Under the pieces are notes generated by a model, which saw nothing but the letters and a program-made list of their open reading frames with translations, did no database searches and had not been told where the DNA came from. DNA of 64,000 bases from positions 1-64,000 of IMG/VR virus record IMGVR_UViG_3300010883_000007. One strand, 5' to 3'. The position numbers and the translations under genes were made by a program. Positions 1 to 8,544 of the stretch are shown here, piece after piece. This stretch comes from a virus. How positions within the stretch are numbered: the first letter of the stretch is position 1; every line of letters starts with the position of its first letter.

Positions 1-36
1 CTTGTCGTCCTGCTTGTCGTCCTGCTTGTCGTCCTG
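1..36. repeat. 12-bp tandem repeat CTTGTCGTCCTG x3 (encodes QDDK repeats on the minus strand)
   Basis: Exact copies at 1-12, 13-24 and 25-36; may continue beyond the window. Confidence 0.9.
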
Positions 37-108
37 CTCAAGGAGGATCTGGGCTAAGGCCCAGCGGACCTGCTTTCTAATGAATTCTTCTGACTGCTTG
101 CTGCTCAT
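1..108 (-). CDS. Partial hypothetical protein running off the window (MSSKQSEEFIRKQVRWALAQILLEQDDKQDDKQDDK...), possibly a protease-processed head protein
   Basis: Not in the ORF track; translated by hand. ATG at 108, open to position 1, ATATTTA motif at 117-123 upstream. The ILLEQ motif resembles T4 gp21-type (I/L)-X-E cleavage sites. Confidence 0.6.
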   Translation of the reverse strand, partial: MSSKQSEEFIRKQVRWALAQILLEQDDKQDDKQDDK

Positions 109-128
109 GACAGGTCTAAATATCCTCC

Positions 129-1352
129 TCACACCGCAGAAGACACAGATGTCATTCCAATCGGAAACTTACCCAAGGGAAGATCAACTCCCCGCCCAAC
201 CTCGTCCCGAAGACACTCCAGATCCTCAGGCGACACATCCAGCAGGAGTGCATCGTGGATCACGTAGAGGGGTATCGCGTTGATACCCAGTTCCTCCAGT
301 CGGTCTGTGAGCTGTGCAAATCCCAACAGGGCCACATCAGCAGCAGTCGACTGGATATAGTGACTCACCAGGATATGGGAGGTGGTGGTGTCAGGACGGA
401 TGGACCTTCCCATCGCGCTGGTTATTGACCCCAACGCGGACAGCTCGTTCTGCAGTTGACTCTCAAGACGTCCCACCGAGAAGTACCTCCGAATCTGACG
501 AATCGCAGTCTTGGCGCTTGACTCACTAGTGAGGAGATCAGTCAGACGACGGCTGGACATCCCGTACAAGGCAGAGATAGTGGCCAACTTGACCTTGTCC
601 CTTGTCATCTCCCCATCGAACAGCGCGCCGCACATGTGAGAGTAGATATCAGTTGGTGCCTCATCCCCCGCCACATAGCGAGCGACCCGAGGCTCCAGTG
701 AGACGAAATCCACTTGAACAACACTGCCGCCCCTGAATCTACTGGAGAGAATATCCCGATATCGGGCGGGGAGTGTGAGGATCGATGGGCCGGTACGAAC
801 AGTCAGCCTGCCTGTGACAGTGGCTGCCTGGTTGTAGGTAATCGGAGGTGCGGTGCTCCCCTCCTTTGGAAGGAACGATCGAAGCGCGGAGGCCACGGAG
901 GGACCCCCCTCTGTCTCGCGGATGTAGCGGTTAATCTTGGCCTGATCAACAGTAGCGGGATTTAATCCCAGAAGCATTCCTCGAGCGCGCAGGTATGTTT
1001 GCCCATATCTGTCCTGGCCTAAGCTACAGAGAACACTCTGAGCTGCTTGAAGTACACTCTGGAGCGCAACCTGAAAGTCGCCTGTGGTCATGACCATCCT
1101 CCATGGGATTCGGACGCTGTGGTCCGGACCGAGGAGAACTTCAAAAGCACGGGCCTGGGCCATGGGGGCAATGCCCGGGATTCGGGTTCCGAGCACAGCA
1201 GCATAGGCCTCCAGCGACTGCAGTGCACTCGGGTCACCCACAGTCCAGGAGTTATCGGGAACACGAGATGACCACTGGCACTCTCCTGTCTCTGGACTGA
1301 CGAGAAGGTGCTTGCCGGCGCCAGTCACAGAACTGAGAATGCAGATTACCAC
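129..1352 (-). CDS. Compact family A DNA polymerase-like protein (polymerase domain only)
   Basis: TVTGRL, motif A DFVSLEPR, motif B RDKVKLATISALYG, HYIQSTAAD and motif C VIHDALLLD. No recognisable exonuclease domain. Confidence 0.85.
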   Translation of the reverse strand: MVICILSSVTGAGKHLLVSPETGECQWSSRVPDNSWTVGDPSALQSLEAYAAVLGTRIPGIAPMAQARAFEVLLGPDHSVRIPWRMVMTTGDFQVALQSVLQAAQSVLCSLGQDRYGQTYLRARGMLLGLNPATVDQAKINRYIRETEGGPSVASALRSFLPKEGSTAPPITYNQAATVTGRLTVRTGPSILTLPARYRDILSSRFRGGSVVQVDFVSLEPRVARYVAGDEAPTDIYSHMCGALFDGEMTRDKVKLATISALYGMSSRRLTDLLTSESSAKTAIRQIRRYFSVGRLESQLQNELSALGSITSAMGRSIRPDTTTSHILVSHYIQSTAADVALLGFAQLTDRLEELGINAIPLYVIHDALLLDVSPEDLECLRDEVGRGVDLPLGKFPIGMTSVSSAV

Positions 1353-1358
1353 ATCAGT

Positions 1359-1386
1359 ATTTTACCACACTGGTGATGTGTGTACA
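1359..1386 (-). promoter_or_regulatory. Sigma70-like promoter TGTACA-N16-TAAAAT with extended -10 (TGnTAAAAT)
   Basis: Intergenic; the -10 hexamer ends 6 nt before the GTG start at 1352. Confidence 0.55.
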
Positions 1387-1419
1387 CACGTCATCAATCT
1401 TACTTCACCGTATTCGTCA

Positions 1420-4400
1420 CTAAGTCTTGTCTGGCTGTGAGGTCGCTGTGAGAACTGAGTCCACTGTGTCGATCATGGACTCGAACTTACCCCAGGTGTC
1501 CAATTGGATCAACTTGACGCTTGTCTTGAACTCCCCCGGTCCGATGGTGTGGTCGATTCCCACCACCGCGTAGATGTTATCAGCAGTGGTGCCTGTGCCG
1601 AAGTCGAAGAAGATCTGCTGTCCGAAGTTGAACAGTGGGCAGCCGAAGGTCTCGATGGAGAGTGATGTTGGGGACACCCTCATGGGCAGACCACTGTCGC
1701 GTGTACCCTGAGCGTCGGCGCCGTCGGCGCCGGGGCTGCGCATCATATTAATTGAGGCAAGCTGGGGATTCTGCTGGGAGGACACATTGGCAGATATTAC
1801 TCCGGAACACTGCGATCCGTATCGAACAGAAGGCACTGTCTTCATGATGTACGACTTCAGGGCATTGAACCCCCCGACTAGTCTGTAGTGTTGCTTGGGA
1901 GAGTCTGCAACAGTGTCGTCGCCCCCCTCAGCATGTTTCTGGCTGGAGTCGTCCGGAAACTTCTCCAGAAGACCGTCTCGGACAGCGCCCTCTAGAGCCG
2001 TGTTGAATGCTGCCTTGTGCTCATCACCGGCGTCGCCGACGGCTGACTTGGTCAGAAGTCCCATCGAGTTGGCATTGGAGGCCTCGAGGAGCTTCTGGAC
2101 ACAGCCGTATGTGGTATTCTGACTGTCGTATATGTGAATCCTTAGAATTGTCAGACTCTTTGCGGGAGGCATCGTGTCATCACCGTCACCCAAGTCCGAT
2201 GGCTTATCGGGCACAGCCTCTACGTGAAGCTGTATCACTGGTCGTTTAAAAACCAAGTCGGCACCGGGATCTGATGCGTAGGCATTCTTGAGAATCCTCT
2301 GTTTCTCCCCAAAGAGCGCTGTGGCCTTCTTGTACTTCTTCGCAACCTTGCGTTTCTTGAGGTTCTCCTTATCCCTTTTGCCATATATGGTCTTGAAACC
2401 ATAGGCGGTCTGTCCGGGGTCTGCTAGGAAGGATCGATTGATGAAACTCATAAATCCCTTACAGGTCATATTAAGCTTCGTCTTTGCGTGATCAGTGAAC
2501 ATCCGCTTGAAGTCGTCGATGAAAATTGGAAACTGGGCTATGTTGCGCCCCCGCATCCAGGAGGACTTGTCGTTAAAAGTGTAGAAGATGAGCTGTATGT
2601 CGTCGAAGTCCCCTGATGCTGCCAGGGATGGTCCGATGAATGTCGTTATAATCTTTCCAAGTGAGACCCAAGATCGCTTCTTGTCGTTGACCTTGAAGGT
2701 ACGTTTGTCGGTGCTGATCCCCCTTAACCAAGGATCCGGACCGGAAGACAACAGTTTAAGCTTGTTCGCAATTTCAGCGGCAATGCTCTTGTTAAGATCA
2801 GAGACTTTTCCGCCCTTTCCATTGGATTTTTTTCCAAAGAGTTTTGTGAGTCCCTCCCTAAGCGCTTTCACATCTGGGTTCTTAGTTCTCTTGGATTCTC
2901 TGAGAAACTTTCGAATGGCAGCCAGGGTCTCCTTGTCTGCACGCATGCCGGCGCTGGTGGAGGTTGCTGCAGAGAGGACATTTGATCCTCCCAGGTCGCC
3001 TGCACCTTTGGTATCCCTCATGATCTTTCTACGAATTACGCGCATTGTCTCATTGAGGGCCCGGATCTCGTTTGCAGCCTCATCAACACCTGGGCCGTTC
3101 GCTATCTTCTGGGTGGTGAATGACGTGCCTCCCATCATCGAGAGTGTCAGGTCAATCTTTACTTGCCCCACTTCATCGAAAGAGAAGGAGGAATTGACAA
3201 CCCGGTACTTCTCCTCACACTTGAGGCTCCCCAGAAAGACCCCGAAATGTGCTGTGCTGTTGGCAGGTAAACGGGACGGCGCGTGGGGGGCATTGTCGGG
3301 ATGGGACCATCCGTACTTTATCAGGATCTGCCCCTTCCCAAAGAGGTCAGGTTTAACCAGTGGGGCAACCTCGGCAAGGCGGGATCTATCGTGAAGAACG
3401 AGGCTCATCTTGGCAGACTTATAAGTCATCATGCCACCGGAGGGTACCACGCTCACACTGAAGCTTTCGAGGGACATGAAGGGCCGGAATCGATCAATCA
3501 CAGCGGCCGAGCGCGGGCCTCCGGGGTGTGCTGGAATATCTGCAGTGCCGTCGTCCTTTCCACCGGATCCGAGGTCACCCCATTCCTGATGCACCTCGTC
3601 TGCCATAACGAGGGTCTGCGGGGTTGTGAACATCTCAAGCCCAGAGGTTGATAGACCCGGCTTCCCATCTTCATCCGACTGCTGAGCGTCTCCGAAATCA
3701 GGTGGGGAGGCAGAGACCTCCGCATCGACGGAGGACAGGTAGGTGTGCTCGGCGCTTCCCACTTCAACCTCTTTTGCTCCCAGCAAGAAATTTCCCAGGC
3801 TCATTCCCTGAACCCTCTCGTGCTCGTCGTCTCCTCCTACAGCCATTGCTGGCTGTGGAAACATGAATATCACGTCGAGAAAGGGCACACACCTACTCAT
3901 CTCAATGGTGGGCATGCAGTTTAAGAAGAGCGTTATGGCGCCAGTATCCCGAGTGGCCGGCCCGACAGCTGGGTGGAGCATCTGAATGACGCTGAGACAG
4001 GGGTTTGATATCCTCTCGGGCGCATCGGTATCCTTGTTGATCTGCGAGCCCTCCTCTGTTCCCGCAGCAGCACCCAGAACGTCCCTAATAGAAAACTTCT
4101 CCGCTGACACATCCTTGTGTGTCTTACCAACACCCTGGGGTGGGTCCATTGCTGTTTTCATGAATTCATTAATCGACTTGTGGGAGTTATATCCAGGAAC
4201 CTCACCTCCCGCTGCTCCGGTGGCATTCGGTTCGTAGGTGATGCAGATCAGTGAGCCCACCTGCTTCTTAGTAGCGGGGTCGGCATCCTTGAGGAACTCA
4301 CTCATGCTACTGAGTATCTTGGGTGTTGTCATCCCACCCTCAGACACGCTGAGGACGAGGGCTGCAATCTTTGCATCAATGCTGGGCTCTGGAATCTCAA

Positions 4401-4527
4401 AGTATCCCGCCTCGCCTAATGACATCTGCTCGTCGGCAGAGAGAAGCAGCTGCATGAACTTATCCTTGGACCACACCCCAAAGAGGCCGCCTAGCATGGA
4501 AATCGCATCGTCTAGCTTTGAACTCAT
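1420..4527 (-). CDS. Putative baseplate hub protein (gp27/gpD-like)
   Basis: Follows the LysM and tube-initiator genes. ILIKYGWS and the C-terminal SIETFGCPLFNFGQQIFFDF...IYAVVGIDHTIGPGEFKTSVKL resemble gpD/gp44-type hub termini. Confidence 0.55.
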   Translation of the reverse strand: MSSKLDDAISMLGGLFGVWSKDKFMQLLLSADEQMSLGEAGYFEIPEPSIDAKIAALVLSVSEGGMTTPKILSSMSEFLKDADPATKKQVGSLICITYEPNATGAAGGEVPGYNSHKSINEFMKTAMDPPQGVGKTHKDVSAEKFSIRDVLGAAAGTEEGSQINKDTDAPERISNPCLSVIQMLHPAVGPATRDTGAITLFLNCMPTIEMSRCVPFLDVIFMFPQPAMAVGGDDEHERVQGMSLGNFLLGAKEVEVGSAEHTYLSSVDAEVSASPPDFGDAQQSDEDGKPGLSTSGLEMFTTPQTLVMADEVHQEWGDLGSGGKDDGTADIPAHPGGPRSAAVIDRFRPFMSLESFSVSVVPSGGMMTYKSAKMSLVLHDRSRLAEVAPLVKPDLFGKGQILIKYGWSHPDNAPHAPSRLPANSTAHFGVFLGSLKCEEKYRVVNSSFSFDEVGQVKIDLTLSMMGGTSFTTQKIANGPGVDEAANEIRALNETMRVIRRKIMRDTKGAGDLGGSNVLSAATSTSAGMRADKETLAAIRKFLRESKRTKNPDVKALREGLTKLFGKKSNGKGGKVSDLNKSIAAEIANKLKLLSSGPDPWLRGISTDKRTFKVNDKKRSWVSLGKIITTFIGPSLAASGDFDDIQLIFYTFNDKSSWMRGRNIAQFPIFIDDFKRMFTDHAKTKLNMTCKGFMSFINRSFLADPGQTAYGFKTIYGKRDKENLKKRKVAKKYKKATALFGEKQRILKNAYASDPGADLVFKRPVIQLHVEAVPDKPSDLGDGDDTMPPAKSLTILRIHIYDSQNTTYGCVQKLLEASNANSMGLLTKSAVGDAGDEHKAAFNTALEGAVRDGLLEKFPDDSSQKHAEGGDDTVADSPKQHYRLVGGFNALKSYIMKTVPSVRYGSQCSGVISANVSSQQNPQLASINMMRSPGADGADAQGTRDSGLPMRVSPTSLSIETFGCPLFNFGQQIFFDFGTGTTADNIYAVVGIDHTIGPGEFKTSVKLIQLDTWGKFESMIDTVDSVLTATSQPDKT

Positions 4528-4820
4528 CCGACGATAGCCCGAATGGCACCGAGGTCCTCGGGAACGAGAAGCCGAGTTCCTGGTGGGACCTGGGGGCCCC
4601 AGCCCACAGCACTAGCTGCGGCAATCACCCACCACAGAGTCCCGTCACCGTAGATCCTGCCTGCTATAGTATCCAGACGCTCGCCCTCCTTGACAACCCA
4701 CGGCATGCAGGTTATCGAACCCCGAAGGGCGGCGCGTCTGATTATCCAGTGGGCATTGGATGTCCGCTGCTTCTTTCCTCCAGCAGTGAGACCGGTTCGG
4801 CCGTATCTAGATAGTGGCAT
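4524..4820 (-). CDS. LysM-domain baseplate wedge protein (gpX/gp53-like)
   Basis: VVKEGERLDTIAGRIYGDGTLWWVIAAAS...GTRLLVP is a LysM/gpX pattern, in the canonical position before the hub. Confidence 0.85.
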   Translation of the reverse strand: MPLSRYGRTGLTAGGKKQRTSNAHWIIRRAALRGSITCMPWVVKEGERLDTIAGRIYGDGTLWWVIAAASAVGWGPQVPPGTRLLVPEDLGAIRAIVG

Positions 4821-4834
4821 TAGTTAGAGTCCTA

Positions 4835-7800
4835 TCACGGAAAGGGTGGAAATTTGGGCTTCGCGGTGTCAGAGGGATTCCCTGTTGGCGTCGCCTTGGT
4901 TATTTCGGCGCGCTTCTTAGCAGCAGCTGCCTCCTGAGCTGCCACGTTGGTCTCGAAGTCATGGTCGCCTACGAACCCATCGTAGTGTGGGTCACGTGCG
5001 ATGCCGCCGGCGATCGAACCAACGGGATACACGGGAGCCAACATCATGCCGTCGTGGTCTAGACCTGGCGCGAGGTCGTGGATCGGAGCGAAGCTGAGGG
5101 ACACTTTGAGGAAGATCGGAGCTCGATAGCCCCTATCGATCTCCCACGGGGCGTCGGCCTGATCGAAGTCCATCTGTGTTATAAATCCAGCTAGGCCACG
5201 TCCTGCGGTAGACTCGAAGGCCTTAGCTAGCGGGTTCTCCTTCAGGAATGCGCGCATTGTCTCAGGATCCTCGGCGTGCCATGTTCCAACCTCTTCACGG
5301 AACTCGAGTTTCTTTGCATTCTCGACCTTTTTGGGAATACTACAAGCAGAGTGGGGGACCATCAGGTACTGATACTCCGGTTTCCACCCGACTGGCCAGC
5401 TGGCCTCGTCAACCTTAATGACGTAAGCTGCGGCCGACTTGTGTCTTGCTTTCACTCCGATCGCCCGATCAGCGGCCGGAACATCCACCGGGATCTTGAT
5501 GCGGTGTTTCACGAGCGTCGCGTCGTTGAGCTCAGATTGCACTGTTCCCTTAACCCTTACACCTGCGGTGATTGCTATCGCCCACTCTGCGAGAGCGGGA
5601 TCCTCACCGTCGACCGGAGTTCCTTCCTCATCCACTGCCTTGACTGTGGGAGCGAGTTTACATATGACCACATGGTCCTTCGGAAATCCACATTGGAAGT
5701 CGGCGTTATCGAGAGGATCTACCAGATACTGACCGGCCCAGTTGGCCCACTTGATTCTGCAGGCATACTCATTCTTGGCATTCTCTGCCTTCTGGTCCTC
5801 TGAGAGCTCAGTACTTAGCATTCCCGGGGCACCCAGGCCGAAGAGTCGCGCCAGGCCGAACTTGGAGTAGTTGGACTTCAACCAGTCACCCAGTCTCAGC
5901 CTAATCATTGGTGAGGCGGTGGGAATCTGAGAGAAGGGCTGTATAAACTTGAACTCCTCACCATCTGACCTCGTCCCTATCTGGGCTCTTCCACGGGACC
6001 ACTGCGGATAGCACATCGTGACCAGCTTATTGATATTGAAATACATGACATCCAGGTCCTCCTGACTGGTCGCGACAAGGGAGAAGGTCATCGAAATAGC
6101 CCGAGAGGTCTTATTATAGATCTTCACGTCATCAACACGGCCATAGCCTGATGTCGACGAGTAATCAACACTGAAGCCATCAGACATCGAATCAATAAAA
6201 GCGTGGAATGATATTATCTCGTTGGTTCGCAGGTCGTGGAAGTAGAACGGCATGTACTCGCTCTCGAGTCGATTCTCAATAAACTCCACGTACTCGCCGG
6301 CTAGACGACCTGGGATTTGTGATGCCTCCCCATCGTACTCTCCGGTGCCGGCACCCAGGCCCGAATTACCACCCTCACGACCCTTCTCGTCTGCGGGGGC
6401 TGACTTCTTCTCTGGGTCTGCCTGATTATATGTGATGTTGTTAAGCTTTAAGGAGGTGGGATCTGCATCATCAAAGAATCCTGTTCCTTTCACATAAGAG
6501 GCAGGCAAGATATATCTCGCCGGTGAGGATGAGTGTCTCCAGGCCATGGCGGCGGCGCCACCAGGAATGGTTTTCTTCGACGGGTTCACTCGACTCTTTT
6601 TAATTCGGCTTGTTGCTGTCTCAGTCAGATCATCAATACCAGCCCCGGGATACATTCCCCCGAGTCTGGGATGACCTACAGAGGCAGCAAGAGAGACATC
6701 CCCCAGCTTCACCATGGTCATCAGGAACTTCCAGGTGGTTGAGGTAACAATTGACTCGATGACCTTTAAGACCTGTGTGGCAGCTCCGGAGAAACCCAAG
6801 GGATTCGCGAATCCCTTGAAGGCGTCGACGATCTGCTCCACGTCCCGGACAACTGACCTCGTGACAACAGCATAGTAACCGGGGGCCATAGCGAGATTAA
6901 CCACAACATCGAGAGCTGCCGGGCCCGGCTTCAGGTCCTTCGGGTGAATGGGCAGACCGTAGAACGCACATATGCCCTCAAACATACATTTCATGAAGTG
7001 ATTGTCTGTCCTGGGAATTCCCAGCAGATCCAGCAAGTTTCCGCCAAAGTTCGTGGGCATGTGTGCGCCCTTCTCCATGGAGTCAGGTTTGTCCGGAAAG
7101 ATTTTGAGGGGCCCCACGTCTCGATGGAAACCTCCAGTGACCAGCGACATCAGAGCTGAGAAAGCAACAAGGCCCACAATACCTGTGATACATACAACCA
7201 CCATTCCCATGGGGAGTGGTCCATCGAAAGGCTCGAGGTAAGAGTTTAGCTGACCGTAGGACTTCTGATTGTCTAGACTCAGATAGTCAGATGGGGCAGG
7301 GCCTGCGACCTTGTCAGCGCCGGCGGCATTCTGGGCACGAAGCTTATCAGTGTCCACCTTCATGGCTCCCAACTGTGTAAAGCTCGGAAGCAGCACTGTG
7401 TCTGATGTTGCGTCTGCAGGGTTACCAGCATGACCGGTGGCATTAATCATTAGTGACAGACCGATTCGCTTAAGCTCATCTTCTGCAGAGAAATCTGCAT
7501 CTGCCGTGTACTCACCCAGCGTGTTCTGAATGGTGTAGCCTAGATTCTTCTGTTCGTGATTCTCAATGAATGGGGTGTCCTTCTCTGGATGAAACCTATT
7601 GTTCTTAAGAACCATAGAAATCTTCTTCTGGATCTCCGGGGCATCATCAGGTGGGGAAATACCATCCACGTTGGGGGCACCCGGGTCTCCTCCGTCGAGA
7701 ATAGTCTTGACGGAAGGTAGGAGGGTATGTCCCTGCTTCTGTGAGTTCTTATCCAGAATCTCAGTGAAGGGATTCGTTCCGCCACCATAGTCAGATGTGC

Positions 7801-8197
7801 TCAGGAGTTCGAAGTTAGCATCTGCACCCTGGTCCTGAATATCTCGGATCAGATCCAAGTAAGTTCCTATCGTGCGGCCGGAGACAAACTCCTGACCCGT
7901 AGTACCAGGCGATGCTTCTCCCGAGGCAGGCGGAGAGATCGAGAACTTATTACCAGATGCTGTGTGGTTGCCTGCTGTCTCATTAGTGAGATAGGCCCCC
8001 AGAGTCTTAAGAGATTCCGCACTGAGATCTCTCTGTCCACTAGTATTCTCTGGAATGAATAGTTCAGCCACTTCCGCCCCGCCGGCCACATCTGCAGCGG
8101 CTGCAGGATCTTCGACTAGAGTATTACCTAAAGCGGTAGCGCTGGGAACGTTGGCGCTTGCAAAGTCTATAGCTTTATCAAGAAACCCCATCGTCAT
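4835..8197 (-). CDS. Putative tail tube initiator/baseplate tube-fold protein with long N-terminal extension
   Basis: C-terminal part ISFHAFIDSMSDGF...GYGRVDDVKIYNKTSRAISMTF...SPMIRLRLGD...GFITQMDFD...WEID...KVSLSFAPIH resembles gp48/gp54 or CIS tube initiators; lies between tape measure and LysM genes. Confidence 0.55.
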   Translation of the reverse strand: MTMGFLDKAIDFASANVPSATALGNTLVEDPAAAADVAGGAEVAELFIPENTSGQRDLSAESLKTLGAYLTNETAGNHTASGNKFSISPPASGEASPGTTGQEFVSGRTIGTYLDLIRDIQDQGADANFELLSTSDYGGGTNPFTEILDKNSQKQGHTLLPSVKTILDGGDPGAPNVDGISPPDDAPEIQKKISMVLKNNRFHPEKDTPFIENHEQKNLGYTIQNTLGEYTADADFSAEDELKRIGLSLMINATGHAGNPADATSDTVLLPSFTQLGAMKVDTDKLRAQNAAGADKVAGPAPSDYLSLDNQKSYGQLNSYLEPFDGPLPMGMVVVCITGIVGLVAFSALMSLVTGGFHRDVGPLKIFPDKPDSMEKGAHMPTNFGGNLLDLLGIPRTDNHFMKCMFEGICAFYGLPIHPKDLKPGPAALDVVVNLAMAPGYYAVVTRSVVRDVEQIVDAFKGFANPLGFSGAATQVLKVIESIVTSTTWKFLMTMVKLGDVSLAASVGHPRLGGMYPGAGIDDLTETATSRIKKSRVNPSKKTIPGGAAAMAWRHSSSPARYILPASYVKGTGFFDDADPTSLKLNNITYNQADPEKKSAPADEKGREGGNSGLGAGTGEYDGEASQIPGRLAGEYVEFIENRLESEYMPFYFHDLRTNEIISFHAFIDSMSDGFSVDYSSTSGYGRVDDVKIYNKTSRAISMTFSLVATSQEDLDVMYFNINKLVTMCYPQWSRGRAQIGTRSDGEEFKFIQPFSQIPTASPMIRLRLGDWLKSNYSKFGLARLFGLGAPGMLSTELSEDQKAENAKNEYACRIKWANWAGQYLVDPLDNADFQCGFPKDHVVICKLAPTVKAVDEEGTPVDGEDPALAEWAIAITAGVRVKGTVQSELNDATLVKHRIKIPVDVPAADRAIGVKARHKSAAAYVIKVDEASWPVGWKPEYQYLMVPHSACSIPKKVENAKKLEFREEVGTWHAEDPETMRAFLKENPLAKAFESTAGRGLAGFITQMDFDQADAPWEIDRGYRAPIFLKVSLSFAPIHDLAPGLDHDGMMLAPVYPVGSIAGGIARDPHYDGFVGDHDFETNVAAQEAAAAKKRAEITKATPTGNPSDTAKPKFPPFP

Positions 8198-8513
8198 CTC
8201 CCCTCAGCGACTCGGCGCTGGGTGTTCCTGTGAGCGCATTGTAGAGCATTGAGTGCAGTTTCTCGAGGCCGCCATCTTCCTCGGATATTACCTGGAGCGA
8301 GTGCTCCAGGGCGTCAGCAATTGCACATGTGTCCTGCAGGAGTGCCTCCATAGGTGCACGATCAGCAGCCTTTATGTCATCTCCCAGGAGCACTCCCAGG
8401 ATTGTGCCGGGTGAGGTACTGCCCGACGTGTCCGACATGAGGCGCTCGAGGGTCTTTCCGGCGTTGGGGACGTCCGGGTCTGGAACTTTTCTCAGCTTGG
8501 AAGGATCACTCAT
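8178..8513 (-). CDS. Hypothetical protein
   Basis: Co-oriented ORF with SD-like GAGAGGA and ATAGTTA motif (8533-8539) upstream. Confidence 0.65.
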   Translation of the reverse strand: MSDPSKLRKVPDPDVPNAGKTLERLMSDTSGSTSPGTILGVLLGDDIKAADRAPMEALLQDTCAIADALEHSLQVISEEDGGLEKLHSMLYNALTGTPSAESLRGDDDGVS

Positions 8514-8544
8514 GATTTCCTCTCTACCTTGCTAACTATAAACA

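Noticed and set aside
1-36. Short tandem repeats (1-36, 37266-37318) as CRISPR or origin repeats
   Set aside because: No spacers; unit lengths are multiples of 3 and encode low-complexity peptide linkers.
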